Of a stretch of DNA of 43,346 bases, positions 34,635 through 43,346 are shown one piece after another. Position numbers and translations under genes: made by a program. The first letter of the stretch is position 1. Every line of letters starts with the position of its first letter. The stretch is taken from positions 1 to 43,346 of the forward strand of contig DASQWY010000169.1 in NCBI GenBank assembly GCA_035640005.1, written 5' to 3'. The notes beneath the pieces were generated by a model that worked only from the letters and a program-made list of their open reading frames with translations, ran no database searches and was not told the DNA's origin. This DNA is from Actinomycetes bacterium (GTDB taxonomy: Bacteria > Actinomycetota > CALGFH01).

Positions 34635-34688
34635 GCGGGCCGGGCTTTTGGGGGGGTTCGGGGGGGAGCGAGCTCCCCCCCGAATGAA
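34635..34688 (-). repeat. Palindrome-containing repeat, copy B (inverted relative to copy A)
   Basis: The reverse complement is identical to copy A over the first 41 nt, then shows one mismatch and one 1-nt indel. Same 13-bp stem (34657-34669 / 34672-34684). Confidence 0.85.
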
Positions 34689-34875
34689 CCGGGGAGCCCC
34701 CTGTGGACAGCCGCCCGCCACTGTCGGGGCAAGATGCGAAACTCTTGCCATGGCTGGGATCACCGAGTTCCAGGGAGCCGCCGGCGTTGCCGGCCCGGGT
34801 GGCGCGCTGCTACCCTCGGTCGGCTTCACGCTCCTGCTCCCGCCACGGGGGCCGCTTCAGTCCAGAGGAGGTGAC

Positions 34876-35166
34876 ATGCGTCACTACGAAGTCATGCTCA
34901 TTCTCGACCCCAGCCTGGAGGACAAGGACGTCAAGGCTGCGGTCGACCGCTTCCTGACCACCGTGACCAGCCGGGGCGGCAAGGTGACCGGGATCGACCA
35001 CTGGGGCAAGCGCCGCTTCGCCTACGAGATCCGCCACATCGGCGAGGGCTACTACGCGGTGGTCGACCTCGAGGCCGAGCCGGCGACGGTCGACGAGCTG
35101 TCGCGGGTGCTGTTCCTGGCCGACAACGTCATCCGGCACAAGGTGGTCCGGCCCGAGGCCGCTTAG
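34876..35166 (+). CDS. rpsF: 30S ribosomal protein S6
   Basis: 96 aa, MRHYEVMLILDPSL..., with GGAGGTG upstream. Confidence 0.95.
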   Translation: MRHYEVMLILDPSLEDKDVKAAVDRFLTTVTSRGGKVTGIDHWGKRRFAYEIRHIGEGYYAVVDLEAEPATVDELSRVLFLADNVIRHKVVRPEAA

Positions 35167-35284
35167 GCCGCCGGGTCGCGCCGGCGACGTCTCTCCTTCC
35201 CCGCTGGCCCGTGCGACGGGCCGTAGGTAACCGATTCACGCCCGGCTCCGAGCCGGCGCGGGATGCGAGTGAGGTGGTACTCCA

Positions 35285-35734
35285 GTGGCAGTCGACAACC
35301 AAGTGATGCTGGTCGGCAACCTGACCGACGACCCCGAGCTGCGGTTCACGCCCAACGGGGCGGCCGTGGCCAACTTCCGCCTGGCCGTCACCCCCCGGGT
35401 GCGCGAGGGCGACACCTGGAAGGACGGGGAGACCTCGTTCTTCCGCATCAACGTCTGGCGGCAGCAGGCCGAGAACGCGGCCGAGACCCTGCAGAAGGGC
35501 GCCCGCTGCATCGTGGTGGGGCGGCTGCGGACCCGGTCGTGGGAGACGCCGGAGGGCGAGAAGCGTTCGGTGACCGAGGTCGAGGCCGACGAGCTCGGCC
35601 CCAGCCTGAAGTTCGCCACCGCCAAGGTCGAGCGCTCCAACCGCAGCGGCTCGGGCGGCGGCGGCGGCGACTGGGCGGGCAGCGCGGCCGCCGCGTCCAA
35701 GGGCGGCCAGTTCAACGACGAGCCACCGTTCTAG
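35285..35734 (+). CDS. ssb: Single-stranded DNA-binding protein
   Basis: 149 aa. OB-fold N-terminus, Gly-rich linker, acidic tip NDEPPF. Confidence 0.95.
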   Translation: MAVDNQVMLVGNLTDDPELRFTPNGAAVANFRLAVTPRVREGDTWKDGETSFFRINVWRQQAENAAETLQKGARCIVVGRLRTRSWETPEGEKRSVTEVEADELGPSLKFATAKVERSNRSGSGGGGGDWAGSAAAASKGGQFNDEPPF

Positions 35735-35782
35735 ACGAGCACGCATGGACCCGGGCCCGGCCCGGGCCCGGAAAGGCACCAC

Positions 35783-36016
35783 ATGCCCAAGACAACCTTC
35801 CAGCGCAAGCCCAAGCGCAAGTTCTGCCAGTTCTGCGCCGAGAAGCAGGACTACATCGACTACAAGGACGTGAACCTGCTGCGCAAGTTCATGAGCGACC
35901 GGGGCAAGATCCGCGCCCGCCGGGTCACCGGGAACTGCGCCCAGCACCAGCGCGACGTCGCGGCCGCGATCAAGAACGCCCGCGAGATGGCGCTGCTCCC
36001 CTACTCGATCCGCTAG
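35783..36016 (+). CDS. rpsR: 30S ribosomal protein S18
   Basis: 77 aa. CQFCAEK...[26 protein letters not shown]. Confidence 0.95.
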   Translation: MPKTTFQRKPKRKFCQFCAEKQDYIDYKDVNLLRKFMSDRGKIRARRVTGNCAQHQRDVAAAIKNAREMALLPYSIR

Positions 36017-36025
36017 CGAGGAGCG

Positions 36026-36472
36026 ATGAAGGTCATTCTGAACCAGGAGGTCCGCGGGGTCGGCGCCCCCGGGGACATCGTCGAGGTCTCCAACGGGTAC
36101 GGCCGCAACTACCTGCTCCCCAGGAACCTGGCCCGGCTGGCCACGCCCGGCGCGGTCCGCCAGGCCGAGGGGATCCGGTCGCGCCGGGTCGCCCGCGAGG
36201 TCGCCGACCTCGAGCAGGCGCGCACGATCGCCGGGCACCTCGAGTCGCTCCGGGTGGTGATCCCGGCCAAGGCCGGCAAGGAGGGCCGCCTGTTCGGGTC
36301 GATCACCACCCCGCAGATCGTCGAGGCGGTGGCCCGCACCGGCGGCACCACCATCGACCGGCGCCGCATCCACCTCGACGCCCCCATCAAGTCGGTCGGC
36401 ACCCACCGCCTGACCGTCCGGCTGCACCCGGAGGTCGAGGCGACCGTGAACCTGGAGGTCGTGCCCGCGTAG
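36026..36472 (+). CDS. rplI: 50S ribosomal protein L9
   Basis: 148 aa. MKVILNQEVRGVGAPGDIVEVSNGYGRNYLLPR. Confidence 0.95.
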   Translation: MKVILNQEVRGVGAPGDIVEVSNGYGRNYLLPRNLARLATPGAVRQAEGIRSRRVAREVADLEQARTIAGHLESLRVVIPAKAGKEGRLFGSITTPQIVEAVARTGGTTIDRRRIHLDAPIKSVGTHRLTVRLHPEVEATVNLEVVPA

Positions 36473-36505
36473 CGGAGGACGCCGGAAGCAAGGAGAACCA
36501 CCGCC

Positions 36506-38929
36506 ATGGCCATCCGCCCGGTTGCCGACGGCGGCTCGCGGGCCAGCGCTTCCCCAGCCTACGAGCGCGTCCCACCGCACAACGTCGAGGCCGAGGAGTC
36601 GGTCCTCGGCTCGATGCTGCTCTCCAAGGACGCGATCGCCGAGGTCCTGGAGCTGCTGCACGAGGAGGACTTCTACCGACCGGCCCACCGGACCGTGTTC
36701 CGCTCCGTCCTCGACCTGTACTCGCACGGCCAGCCGGTCGACGCGGTCACGGTCGCCGAGGAGCTGCGCCGCAACGGCACCCTCGCCGACGTCGGCGGCG
36801 CGCCGTTCCTGCACACCCTGGTCGCCGGGGTGCCCACCGCGGCCAACGCCGGGCACTACGCCCGCATCGTCAAGGAGGCGGGCGTCCTCCGCCGGCTGAT
36901 CGACGCCGGCACCCGCATCGTCCAGCTCGGCTACGAGACCCCGCAGGAGGTGGAGCGGGCGGTCGACGTCGCCGAGGCGCTCGTCTACCAGGTCGCCCAG
37001 GGCCGGGTCAGCGAGGACTACCAGAGCCTGAAGGACGTGCTCACCGGCACCCTGGAGGCGATCGAGCGCCTCCACAACGACCGCCGCGAGCTGACCGGCA
37101 TCCCCACGGGCTTCGCCGAGCTCGACCGCCTCACCTCCGGCCTCCAGAACTCCAACCTGGTCATCGTCGCGGCCAGACCGGCCGTGGGGAAGGCGCTGGC
37201 CCTCGACACGCCGCTCCCCACCCCGACCGGCTGGACGACCATGGGCGAGGTGGCGGTCGGCGACCAGCTGATCGGCGCGGACGGCAGGCCGGCGACCGTG
37301 GTCGCGGCGACCGACGTTATGCACGGCCGGCCTTGCTACGAGGTCCAGTTCTCGGACGGGACGGTCGTCGTCGCCGACGCGCAACACCAGTGGCTGACCG
37401 AGACCCGGGCGGCGCGCAAGTCGGCGTGGGCGGCCGCCCGCGGCTACAACCGCTCCCGGACGCAGCGGACCTTCCCTTCGGTCAAGACCACCGAGGAGCT
37501 GCTCGCGACACTTCGCTGCAACGGCGTGGAGCGGCGGCTGAACCACGCCGTGGTCAACACCAGGCCGCTCGACCTCCCGGCGCAAGAGCTGCCGCTGCCG
37601 CCCTACGCGCTCGGGGTGTGGCTGGGCGACGGCCATGCGGCGAGCGCGAGGATCACCACCGCCGACCCCGAGATCATCGTCCACCTGGAGGCGGACGGCC
37701 TGCAGGTCGTCCCCCACGGTCGGCTGCTCCACACCCTGCGCCTGCCCGAGCGGTCTCACGGCACGGTGCAGGCGATGCTGCACAGCCTCGGTGTCCTGGA
37801 CGACAAGCACATCCCCGCGAGCTACCTGCGGGCCTCGGAGGCGCAGCGACGGTCGCTCCTCGCCGGGTTGCTCGACACCGACGGGACCGTCACCGGCAGC
37901 GGAGCGGTGCAGTTCAGCGTGACCTCGCGGCGGCTCGCCAAGGACACACGTGAACTGATCGTGAGCCTCGGGTACCGCTGCTCCCTTGCCAGGAAGCGGG
38001 TCAAGGGCCGGACGGCGGCCTCCTCGACCGCGTTCACGCTCACGTTCTCGACGGCCGACGAGGTGTTCCGGCTGGAGCGGAAGCGGCTGATGCACAAGGA
38101 GCGGAAGGGCCCCGGCCGCACCGGCAAGCGCCTGATCACGGACGTGCGCCCCGTCCCCAGCGTGCCGGTGCGCTGCGTCGAGGTCGACAGCCCCGACCAT
38201 CTCTACCTCGCCAGCCGGTCGATGGTCCCCACCCACAACTCGACCCTCGGCCTGGACATCGCTCGGCACGCGTCGGTGCGGGCGGGCGTGCCGACGGTGG
38301 TGTTCTCGCTGGAGATGAGCCGAACCGAGCTGGTGCAGCGGCTCATGTGCGCGGAGTGCACGGTCGACATGCAGCGGCTGCGGACCGGGCGGATGGAGGA
38401 GTCGGACTGGGCGCGGCTGACCCGCTCGCTCGGCCGGCTGGCCGACGCGCCCCTGTTCATCGACGACTCGCCCGGCATCACCATGATGGAGATCCGTGCC
38501 AAGTGCCGCCGCCTCAAGCAGCGCCACGGGCTCGGCCTGGTGATCGTCGACTACCTCCAGCTGATGCAGCCGACCAAGCGGTTCGAGAACCGCCAGCAGG
38601 AGGTGAGCGAGATCTCCCGCGGCCTCAAGCTGCTCGCCAAGGAGCTGGACATCCCGGTGATCGCCGTCTCCCAGCTGTCCCGCCAGCCCGAGTCCCGCGC
38701 CGACAAGAAGCCCATGCTGTCCGACCTGCGTGAGAGCGGTGCGCTCGAGCAGGACGCCGACATGGTGCTGTTCATCTACCGGGACGACCTCTACGACGCC
38801 GAGTCGCCCCGCAAGGGCGAGGCCGACCTGATCCTCGCCAAGCACCGCAACGGCCCGACCGACACGGTGGTGGTCACCTTCCAGGGCCAGTACTCCCGCT
38901 TCGCCGCCATGGCCGCCAGAAGCCTCTGA
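36506..38929 (+). CDS. dnaB: Replicative DNA helicase DnaB precursor (458-aa helicase interrupted by a 349-aa intein)
   Basis: N-terminal PPHNVEAEESVLGSML. Walker A AARPAVGK is split from STLGLDIA. Walker B LVIVDYLQLM; QLSRQ; arginine-finger region. 807 aa in total. Confidence 0.95.
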   Translation: MAIRPVADGGSRASASPAYERVPPHNVEAEESVLGSMLLSKDAIAEVLELLHEEDFYRPAHRTVFRSVLDLYSHGQPVDAVTVAEELRRNGTLADVGGAPFLHTLVAGVPTAANAGHYARIVKEAGVLRRLIDAGTRIVQLGYETPQEVERAVDVAEALVYQVAQGRVSEDYQSLKDVLTGTLEAIERLHNDRRELTGIPTGFAELDRLTSGLQNSNLVIVAARPAVGKALALDTPLPTPTGWTTMGEVAVGDQLIGADGRPATVVAATDVMHGRPCYEVQFSDGTVVVADAQHQWLTETRAARKSAWAAARGYNRSRTQRTFPSVKTTEELLATLRCNGVERRLNHAVVNTRPLDLPAQELPLPPYALGVWLGDGHAASARITTADPEIIVHLEADGLQVVPHGRLLHTLRLPERSHGTVQAMLHSLGVLDDKHIPASYLRASEAQRRSLLAGLLDTDGTVTGSGAVQFSVTSRRLAKDTRELIVSLGYRCSLARKRVKGRTAASSTAFTLTFSTADEVFRLERKRLMHKERKGPGRTGKRLITDVRPVPSVPVRCVEVDSPDHLYLASRSMVPTHNSTLGLDIARHASVRAGVPTVVFSLEMSRTELVQRLMCAECTVDMQRLRTGRMEESDWARLTRSLGRLADAPLFIDDSPGITMMEIRAKCRRLKQRHGLGLVIVDYLQLMQPTKRFENRQQEVSEISRGLKLLAKELDIPVIAVSQLSRQPESRADKKPMLSDLRESGALEQDADMVLFIYRDDLYDAESPRKGEADLILAKHRNGPTDTVVVTFQGQYSRFAAMAARSL
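37193..38239 (+). mobile_element. Intein in the DnaB P-loop, class 3 signature, with LAGLIDADG homing endonuclease domain
   Basis: Inserted between GK and S of the Walker A. First residue is Ala (ALALDTP). Block B DAQHQW; block F VRCVEVDSPDHLYLA; block G MVPTHN followed by Ser +1. Endonuclease motifs LGVWLGDGHA and LLAGLLDTDGTV. Confidence 0.85.
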
Positions 38930-38947
38930 CCTGGAGGGCGTAGCTCC

Positions 38948-39742
38948 ATGAGCCGTGTCGTGTCGAAGGACGGCACCCCGATCGCGTACGACCGCACCGG
39001 GGATGGACCGGCGCTCATCCTGGTGGGCGGAGGTCTGCTCGACCCGGTCACCGGCCGGGCCGGCCGCTGGGAGAACGCGCCGCTGGCCGAGGCGCTGGCG
39101 GCGCGGTTCACCGTGTACAACTACGACCGGCGCGGCCGCGCCGACAGCGGTGACACCCTGCCGTACGCCGTGGACCGTGAGGTCGAGGACCTCGACGCGC
39201 TCATCTCCGTGGCCGGCGGATCGGCGCACCTGTACGGCGTCTCCTCGGGCGGTGCGCTGGCGCTGGAGGCCGCGGCGGCGGGGCTCGCGGCCGACAGGAT
39301 CGCCGTATACGAGGTGCCCTACAGCATCGGCGAGGAGGCGTCGCGGCGGTGGAGCGCCTACGTCGAGGAGCTGACGGCGGCGCTCGGCGAGGGTCGCCGC
39401 GGTGACGCGGTCGAACTGTTCATGCGGGTGGCGGGCGCCCCCGAGGAGGACATCGCCGGGGCGAAGCGCTCGCCGCTGTGGCCTGGCCTGGAGGCCATCG
39501 CGCACACGCTGGCCTATGACGCGGCCTGCCTGGGCGACGGCAGCCCGCCCACCGCCCGCCTGGCCACGGTCACGCAGCCGACCCTGGTGGCCACGGGCGG
39601 GAGCGACGACTTCTTCGAGCAGGCCGCAGACGCGATCGCCGCCCGCCTCCCGCACGCGGAACGCCGAACGCTCGCGGGCCAGGGACACCTGGTCGACCCC
39701 AAGGCGCTGGCTCCCTTGCTCGAACGGTTCCTCGGGGAGTGA
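38948..39742 (+). CDS. Alpha/beta-fold hydrolase
   Basis: 264 aa with nucleophile elbow GVSSGG and a C-terminal His (GQGHLV). Confidence 0.8.
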   Translation: MSRVVSKDGTPIAYDRTGDGPALILVGGGLLDPVTGRAGRWENAPLAEALAARFTVYNYDRRGRADSGDTLPYAVDREVEDLDALISVAGGSAHLYGVSSGGALALEAAAAGLAADRIAVYEVPYSIGEEASRRWSAYVEELTAALGEGRRGDAVELFMRVAGAPEEDIAGAKRSPLWPGLEAIAHTLAYDAACLGDGSPPTARLATVTQPTLVATGGSDDFFEQAADAIAARLPHAERRTLAGQGHLVDPKALAPLLERFLGE

Positions 39743-40785
39743 CGTCCCCGCGCTCCGCCCGGCCTGGGTCCGCGCGGAGCGAGGGCGAACTGCACCACCT
39801 GTGTCGCTGACATCTGCTGGCCCGCGGACCATGCCCGTCCGAGCTGTTGGCGATCGAGCGCCTGGGCGACGGCCGCGCGGCTGCGCTCGAAGTGGGGCGC
39901 TTCGTCCGGCGGCCACGCAAGCCCCTGCCGCTCCTGCAGCGTGGCGGCCGCGCCCAACAGCGTGGCGGCCCGCTCGAACGCTCCGGTCTGGACGGCGATC
40001 GCCGCGAGGCCGTTCAGGCTGTAAGGGATCATCCACTGGTCGCCGCGTCGCTCCGCGATCCGGAGCGCCTCGACGGCCAGCTGCTCGGCGCCGGCGAGGT
40101 TGCCGAGCTGGCGCTCGACCATGCTCAGGTTGGAGGACTCCGAGCCGATCGTGCCGTAGTTGCCGAGCTCCCGGGCGAGCTCGATCCGCTGGGCCATGAG
40201 CACGCGCGCCTGCTGCAGGTCGCCCCGCATCTGCGCGGCGACCCCCAGGACGTGCAGCGCGTTGGAGCGTCCGTCCTTGTCGTCGGTGCCCTCGACCGCC
40301 TGGAGCGCCTCCTCGCACAGCGCCCGCGCCCGGCCCAGGTCGTCGTCGCGCAGGGCCAGCCTCGCCAGGCCGCACAGCGCCACCGCGGCCGCGGTCCGGT
40401 CGCCCAGCTGGCGCACCAGGTCCAGGCTGGCTTCCTCGAGGGAGCGCGCCTCCTCGTCCGCTCCCTGCCAGAAGGCCAGCATCCCGCTCTCGTACAGCGC
40501 GGCGGCGCGCAGGCGGTCGTCGGGCGCGGCGGCCGCCAGGGCGCGGTCCAGCCACCCGCGCCCGGTGGCGACCCGGCCGGAGAGCCGCGCGGAATCGGCG
40601 AGAGCGATGGCTAGCGCCAGCGCATCGCTGGCGTGGCCGTGGTCGAGCAACCACTCGTGGGCCGCTTCGAGCTCCTGGTACCTGCCCCGCAGCCGATCCA
40701 GCCACACCGGCGCGTCCAGGCCGCTGAGCCCACGGTCGGCCTCCTCGGCGAACGTCAGGATCGCCCGCGCCTCGCGCTCGTCCAT
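39514..40785 (-). CDS. Tetratricopeptide-repeat protein (stand-alone; resembles the C-terminal TPR module of large actinobacterial regulators)
   Basis: Starts at ATG 40785 (MDEREARAIL...). Repeated Ala/Leu-rich TPR-like helices through ...QQMSATQVVQFAL. The last ~75 codons (39514-39742) run antisense through the hydrolase gene and are Arg/Ser-rich, so the 3-prime end is doubtful. Confidence 0.55.
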   Translation of the reverse strand: MDEREARAILTFAEEADRGLSGLDAPVWLDRLRGRYQELEAAHEWLLDHGHASDALALAIALADSARLSGRVATGRGWLDRALAAAAPDDRLRAAALYESGMLAFWQGADEEARSLEEASLDLVRQLGDRTAAAVALCGLARLALRDDDLGRARALCEEALQAVEGTDDKDGRSNALHVLGVAAQMRGDLQQARVLMAQRIELARELGNYGTIGSESSNLSMVERQLGNLAGAEQLAVEALRIAERRGDQWMIPYSLNGLAAIAVQTGAFERAATLLGAAATLQERQGLAWPPDEAPHFERSRAAVAQALDRQQLGRAWSAGQQMSATQVVQFALAPRGPRPGGARGRHSPRNRSSKGASALGSTRCPWPASVRRSACGRRAAIASAACSKKSSLPPVATRVGCVTVARRAVGGLPSPRQAAS

Positions 40786-40913
40786 GCCTGCCTCTCTGCT
40801 TGCTCGACGCCGGGCTCGAGTATCGCAGGTCACGATCGGCCGGAAGTCGCACGTCCTCGGTAGCCTCTACACCTACCGCAACAGCTGGTCCGGCCGAGCG
40901 GGAGGAGGACGAG

Positions 40914-41657
40914 GTGGCGACGTACGTGCTGGTGCCGGGCGCGTGGCTCGGCGGTTGGGCGTGGGACCAGGTGGCGTCGCGGCTCCGCGACGGCGGGCAC
41001 CGGGTGCGCGCGCTCACGCTCGCCGGGCTCGCGGAGCGCGCGGGCGAGGGCGCGGAGCAGGTGGACCTCGAGCGCCACGTCGCCGACGTGGTCGAGGCGA
41101 TCGAGCGCGACGACCTCCACGACGTGGTGCTGGTCGGCCACAGCTACGGCGGCGTCCCAGTGACCGGCGCGGCCGACCGCGTCCCCGGGCGGCTCGCCCG
41201 GGTGGTGTACCTGGACAGCGGGCCGGCGCGCGACGGCGTCGCCTACCTGGACACCCTGCCGCCGCAGGTGCGCGAGGCCACCGAGCGGCACGCCCGCGAG
41301 CAGGGCGGCGGTCGCCTGCTGCCGATACCGCCCTGGGACGAGCTCGAGCAGGTGAACGGCGTCAACACCGACGGGCTCGACCAGCGGGCGCGAGCCGCCA
41401 TCCGCGAGCGCGCCACGCCGCAACCGTTCGGCACCTACACCCAGCCGATCTCGCTGGCGAACCCAGAACGGACCGCCCGGCCGCACCTGCTCGTCTCCTG
41501 CAGCTACCCGCTCGACCAGGTGCGGGCGATGATCGCGGGCGGGCACCCGTGGTTCGCGGAGCTCGCCGGGCCGCAGTGGTCGTTCGTCGAGCTGCCGACG
41601 AGCCACTGGCCGATGTTCTCGGCGCCGGCCGGGCTCGCCGCCGCGCTCACGGCGTGA
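40914..41657 (+). CDS. Alpha/beta-fold hydrolase (esterase-like)
   Basis: 247 aa from GTG 40914, with GGGAGGAGGA upstream. YVLVPGAW, nucleophile elbow GHSYGG, C-terminal SHWP. Confidence 0.8.
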   Translation: MATYVLVPGAWLGGWAWDQVASRLRDGGHRVRALTLAGLAERAGEGAEQVDLERHVADVVEAIERDDLHDVVLVGHSYGGVPVTGAADRVPGRLARVVYLDSGPARDGVAYLDTLPPQVREATERHAREQGGGRLLPIPPWDELEQVNGVNTDGLDQRARAAIRERATPQPFGTYTQPISLANPERTARPHLLVSCSYPLDQVRAMIAGGHPWFAELAGPQWSFVELPTSHWPMFSAPAGLAAALTA

Positions 41658-41664
41658 CCGGGGT

Positions 41665-42585
41665 ATGGTGACGGCGCCGATGCGAGCCATCCGTTTGTGC
41701 ACCCCCGACGGCCCGGCCGGGCTGGTCCTCGAGGAGCTCGACACCCCGACGCCGGGGGCGGGCGAGGCGCTGGTGCGCGTCCACGCGGCGGCGATCACGC
41801 GCGACGAGCTCGACTGGCCGGTCGACCGGCTGCCCGCGACCCCGTCGTACGAGTTCTCCGGGGTGGTCGCCGCGCTCGGACCGGAGGTCGCGGGCCTGGA
41901 GGTCGGCGAGGACGTCTACGCGCTGGCCGGGTTCGACCGCGACGGCGCGGCCGCCGACTACACGGTGGTGCCGGCGGCGGTGCTGGCGCCCAAGCCCCGG
42001 ACGCTCGGGCACGTGGAGGGCGCCGCGATCCCGCTGGCCGCGCTCAGCGCCTGGCAGGGACTGTTCGACCATGGCCAGCTTGCCGAGGGGCAGCGGGTGC
42101 TGGTGCACGGGGCGGCCGGCGGGGTGGGCGGCTTCGCGGTCCAGCTGGCTCGCTGGCGGGGGGCGTTCGTCGCCGGCACCGCCTCGACCGCCAACCTCGA
42201 GGCCGCCCGCGGGCTCGGCGCCGACCAGCTCGTCGACCACAGCCGGGAGCGCTTCGAGGACCTCGTCGAGCCCGTCGACCTGGTCTTCGACACCGCCGGC
42301 GGGGACCGGCTCGAACGGTCGGCGGCGGTGGTGCGCCCGGGCGGCAGGCTCGTGTCGGTCGCCGCCGAGCCGCCGCCACAGGCCGCCGCGGCGCGCGGGA
42401 TCCAGCCCGTGTACTTCGTGGTGGAGCCGAACCGCGAGCAGCTGGTCGAGATCGCCCGGCTGGCCGACCAAGGCGTGCTGCGGGTGACCGTCGAGGAGAC
42501 CTTCCCGCTCGCCAATGCCCGTGCGGCCTTCGAGCGCGTCCAGCAGCGGCACGGCGCCGGCAAGGTCGTCCTGGTGGTGACCTAG
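41665..42585 (+). CDS. Medium-chain (zinc-type/quinone oxidoreductase-like) NAD(P)-dependent dehydrogenase
   Basis: 306 aa. GEALVRVHAAAI, cofactor loop LVHGAAGGVGGFAVQLA. Confidence 0.85.
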   Translation: MVTAPMRAIRLCTPDGPAGLVLEELDTPTPGAGEALVRVHAAAITRDELDWPVDRLPATPSYEFSGVVAALGPEVAGLEVGEDVYALAGFDRDGAAADYTVVPAAVLAPKPRTLGHVEGAAIPLAALSAWQGLFDHGQLAEGQRVLVHGAAGGVGGFAVQLARWRGAFVAGTASTANLEAARGLGADQLVDHSRERFEDLVEPVDLVFDTAGGDRLERSAAVVRPGGRLVSVAAEPPPQAAAARGIQPVYFVVEPNREQLVEIARLADQGVLRVTVEETFPLANARAAFERVQQRHGAGKVVLVVT

Positions 42586-42592
42586 CCGCCCG

Positions 42593-43346
42593 CTACTGGG
42601 CGCTGAGGATCACCGCGGCGCGCAGCGCCAGCACGCCGAGCAGCACCAGGCCGGGCATGCTCGCCGAGGCCAGCAGCGGCCGGCTGACCACCGCCCCCTC
42701 GGCGGTGACGGCCAGCCGCGCGCTGAGCAGGCCGAGCACGCCGGGCACCATGCCCGCGAACGCCACCAGCCACAGCAGCAGCCAGGGGAGGCCGAACGCC
42801 CGGCCCAGCGTGCCGTCGGGGACGAGGGTCAGCACGAACACCACCAGCAGCGCCAGCTCCAGCAGCGTGAACAGGCGCTCGGACAGCTCCAGCATGCCGG
42901 CGCTGAAGCGCGCGTCCGCCCGGTAGCCGACCAGCCACAGCAGCAGCGCCGCCGAGCCGGCCAGCCCGGAGGCCAGGAACAGGCCGCCGAGCGCCCAGCT
43001 GTCGCTCCACACCGGCTGGTTCGACACCGCCAGCAGCACGCCGGTGTAGCCCGCCACGAAAGTCCCGAGGACCGCCCCGACGACCAACCACACCTTGCCG
43101 AACGCCCCGTCCAGCGGCCGCACCGCCCGGACGGCGAACGGGCGACGGAGCCGGCCGTCCCGCACCAGAACCTCGAGGAACGACACCACCGCGAACAGCC
43201 CGAACGCCACCAGCGCCCAGGAGCCGAGCGACATCGGCGACCCGGACTTGAAGCTGGGGCCCTGCGCGCCCGGCGTGGTGTTCCACAGCATGTGCCAGAA
43301 GCGCAGCGGCTGCCAGAGGTCGAGCGTCAGCAGGATCGGGCAGGGG
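42593..43346 (-). CDS. NrfD/PsrC-like polytopic membrane protein, C-terminal part (5-prime end outside window)
   Basis: The frame stays open to the window edge (...DLWQPLRFWHMLWNTTPG...), followed by about six hydrophobic helices. Family call by eye only. Confidence 0.5.
   Translation of the reverse strand, partial: PCPILLTLDLWQPLRFWHMLWNTTPGAQGPSFKSGSPMSLGSWALVAFGLFAVVSFLEVLVRDGRLRRPFAVRAVRPLDGAFGKVWLVVGAVLGTFVAGYTGVLLAVSNQPVWSDSWALGGLFLASGLAGSAALLLWLVGYRADARFSAGMLELSERLFTLLELALLVVFVLTLVPDGTLGRAFGLPWLLLWLVAFAGMVPGVLGLLSARLAVTAEGAVVSRPLLASASMPGLVLLGVLALRAAVILSAQ

Noticed and set aside
35129-41017. 1,962-codon minus-strand ORF, the longest in the window
   Set aside because: It runs antisense across rpsF, ssb, rpsR, rplI, dnaB and a hydrolase gene, including their intergenic spacers. 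It is in a different frame from the real minus-strand TPR gene. It encodes Arg/Gly/Ala/Pro-rich sequence with no motif. This is the typical stop-poor antisense frame of very high-GC3 DNA.

Overview
Very high-GC (roughly 70-75% by eye) actinobacterial chromosome segment from the oriC-proximal core. Gene order is collinear with M. tuberculosis Rv3919c-Rv3907c plus Rv0046c-Rv0058, which is contiguous in Streptomyces-type genomes.

Layout, left to right:
- jag (partial), rsmG, parA and parB, with three parS sites.
- An accessory patch: a defective IS630-family element, a DUF2332 gene, a second IS630 end fragment, a prenyltransferase-repeat protein and an aminotransferase.
- A GNAT gene, then trxA and trxB, each behind an exact SigR/SigH-type promoter.
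- A zinc-ribbon membrane protein.
- A long minus-strand cell-envelope cluster: YbaK-like, NUDIX, Rv3909-like, murJ, NlpC/P60, a Ser/Thr pseudokinase, an ECF sigma and its anti-sigma.
- A KGG stress protein, the CCA enzyme, a GH13 alpha-glucosidase, ino1-PadR, an Rv0049-like protein, a class A PBP and a DUF2029 membrane glycosyltransferase.
- An SDR gene bracketed by inverted palindromic repeats.
- rpsF-ssb-rpsR-rplI and an intein-containing dnaB.
- Two alpha/beta hydrolases, a TPR protein, an MDR oxidoreductase and a partial NrfD-like membrane protein.

I saw no rRNA, tRNA or CRISPR array.

Most unusual observations:
1. parA is continuous, with no stop codon, with about 3.2 kb of upstream low-complexity coding-like sequence that carries two parS sites and an 18-nt tandem repeat.
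2. The dnaB P-loop holds a 349-aa intein with the class 3 (Ala1 / Trp-Cys-Thr) signature and a LAGLIDADG endonuclease.
3. A 53-nt hairpin-containing repeat occurs as an inverted pair around the SDR gene.
4. A stand-alone HRN/DFS pseudokinase is separated from murJ by an NlpC/P60 gene.
5. IS630 debris brackets the DUF2332 gene.

I did not recognise a clear-cut new multi-gene system such as a defence island. All family assignments come from reading motifs by eye, without database searches.
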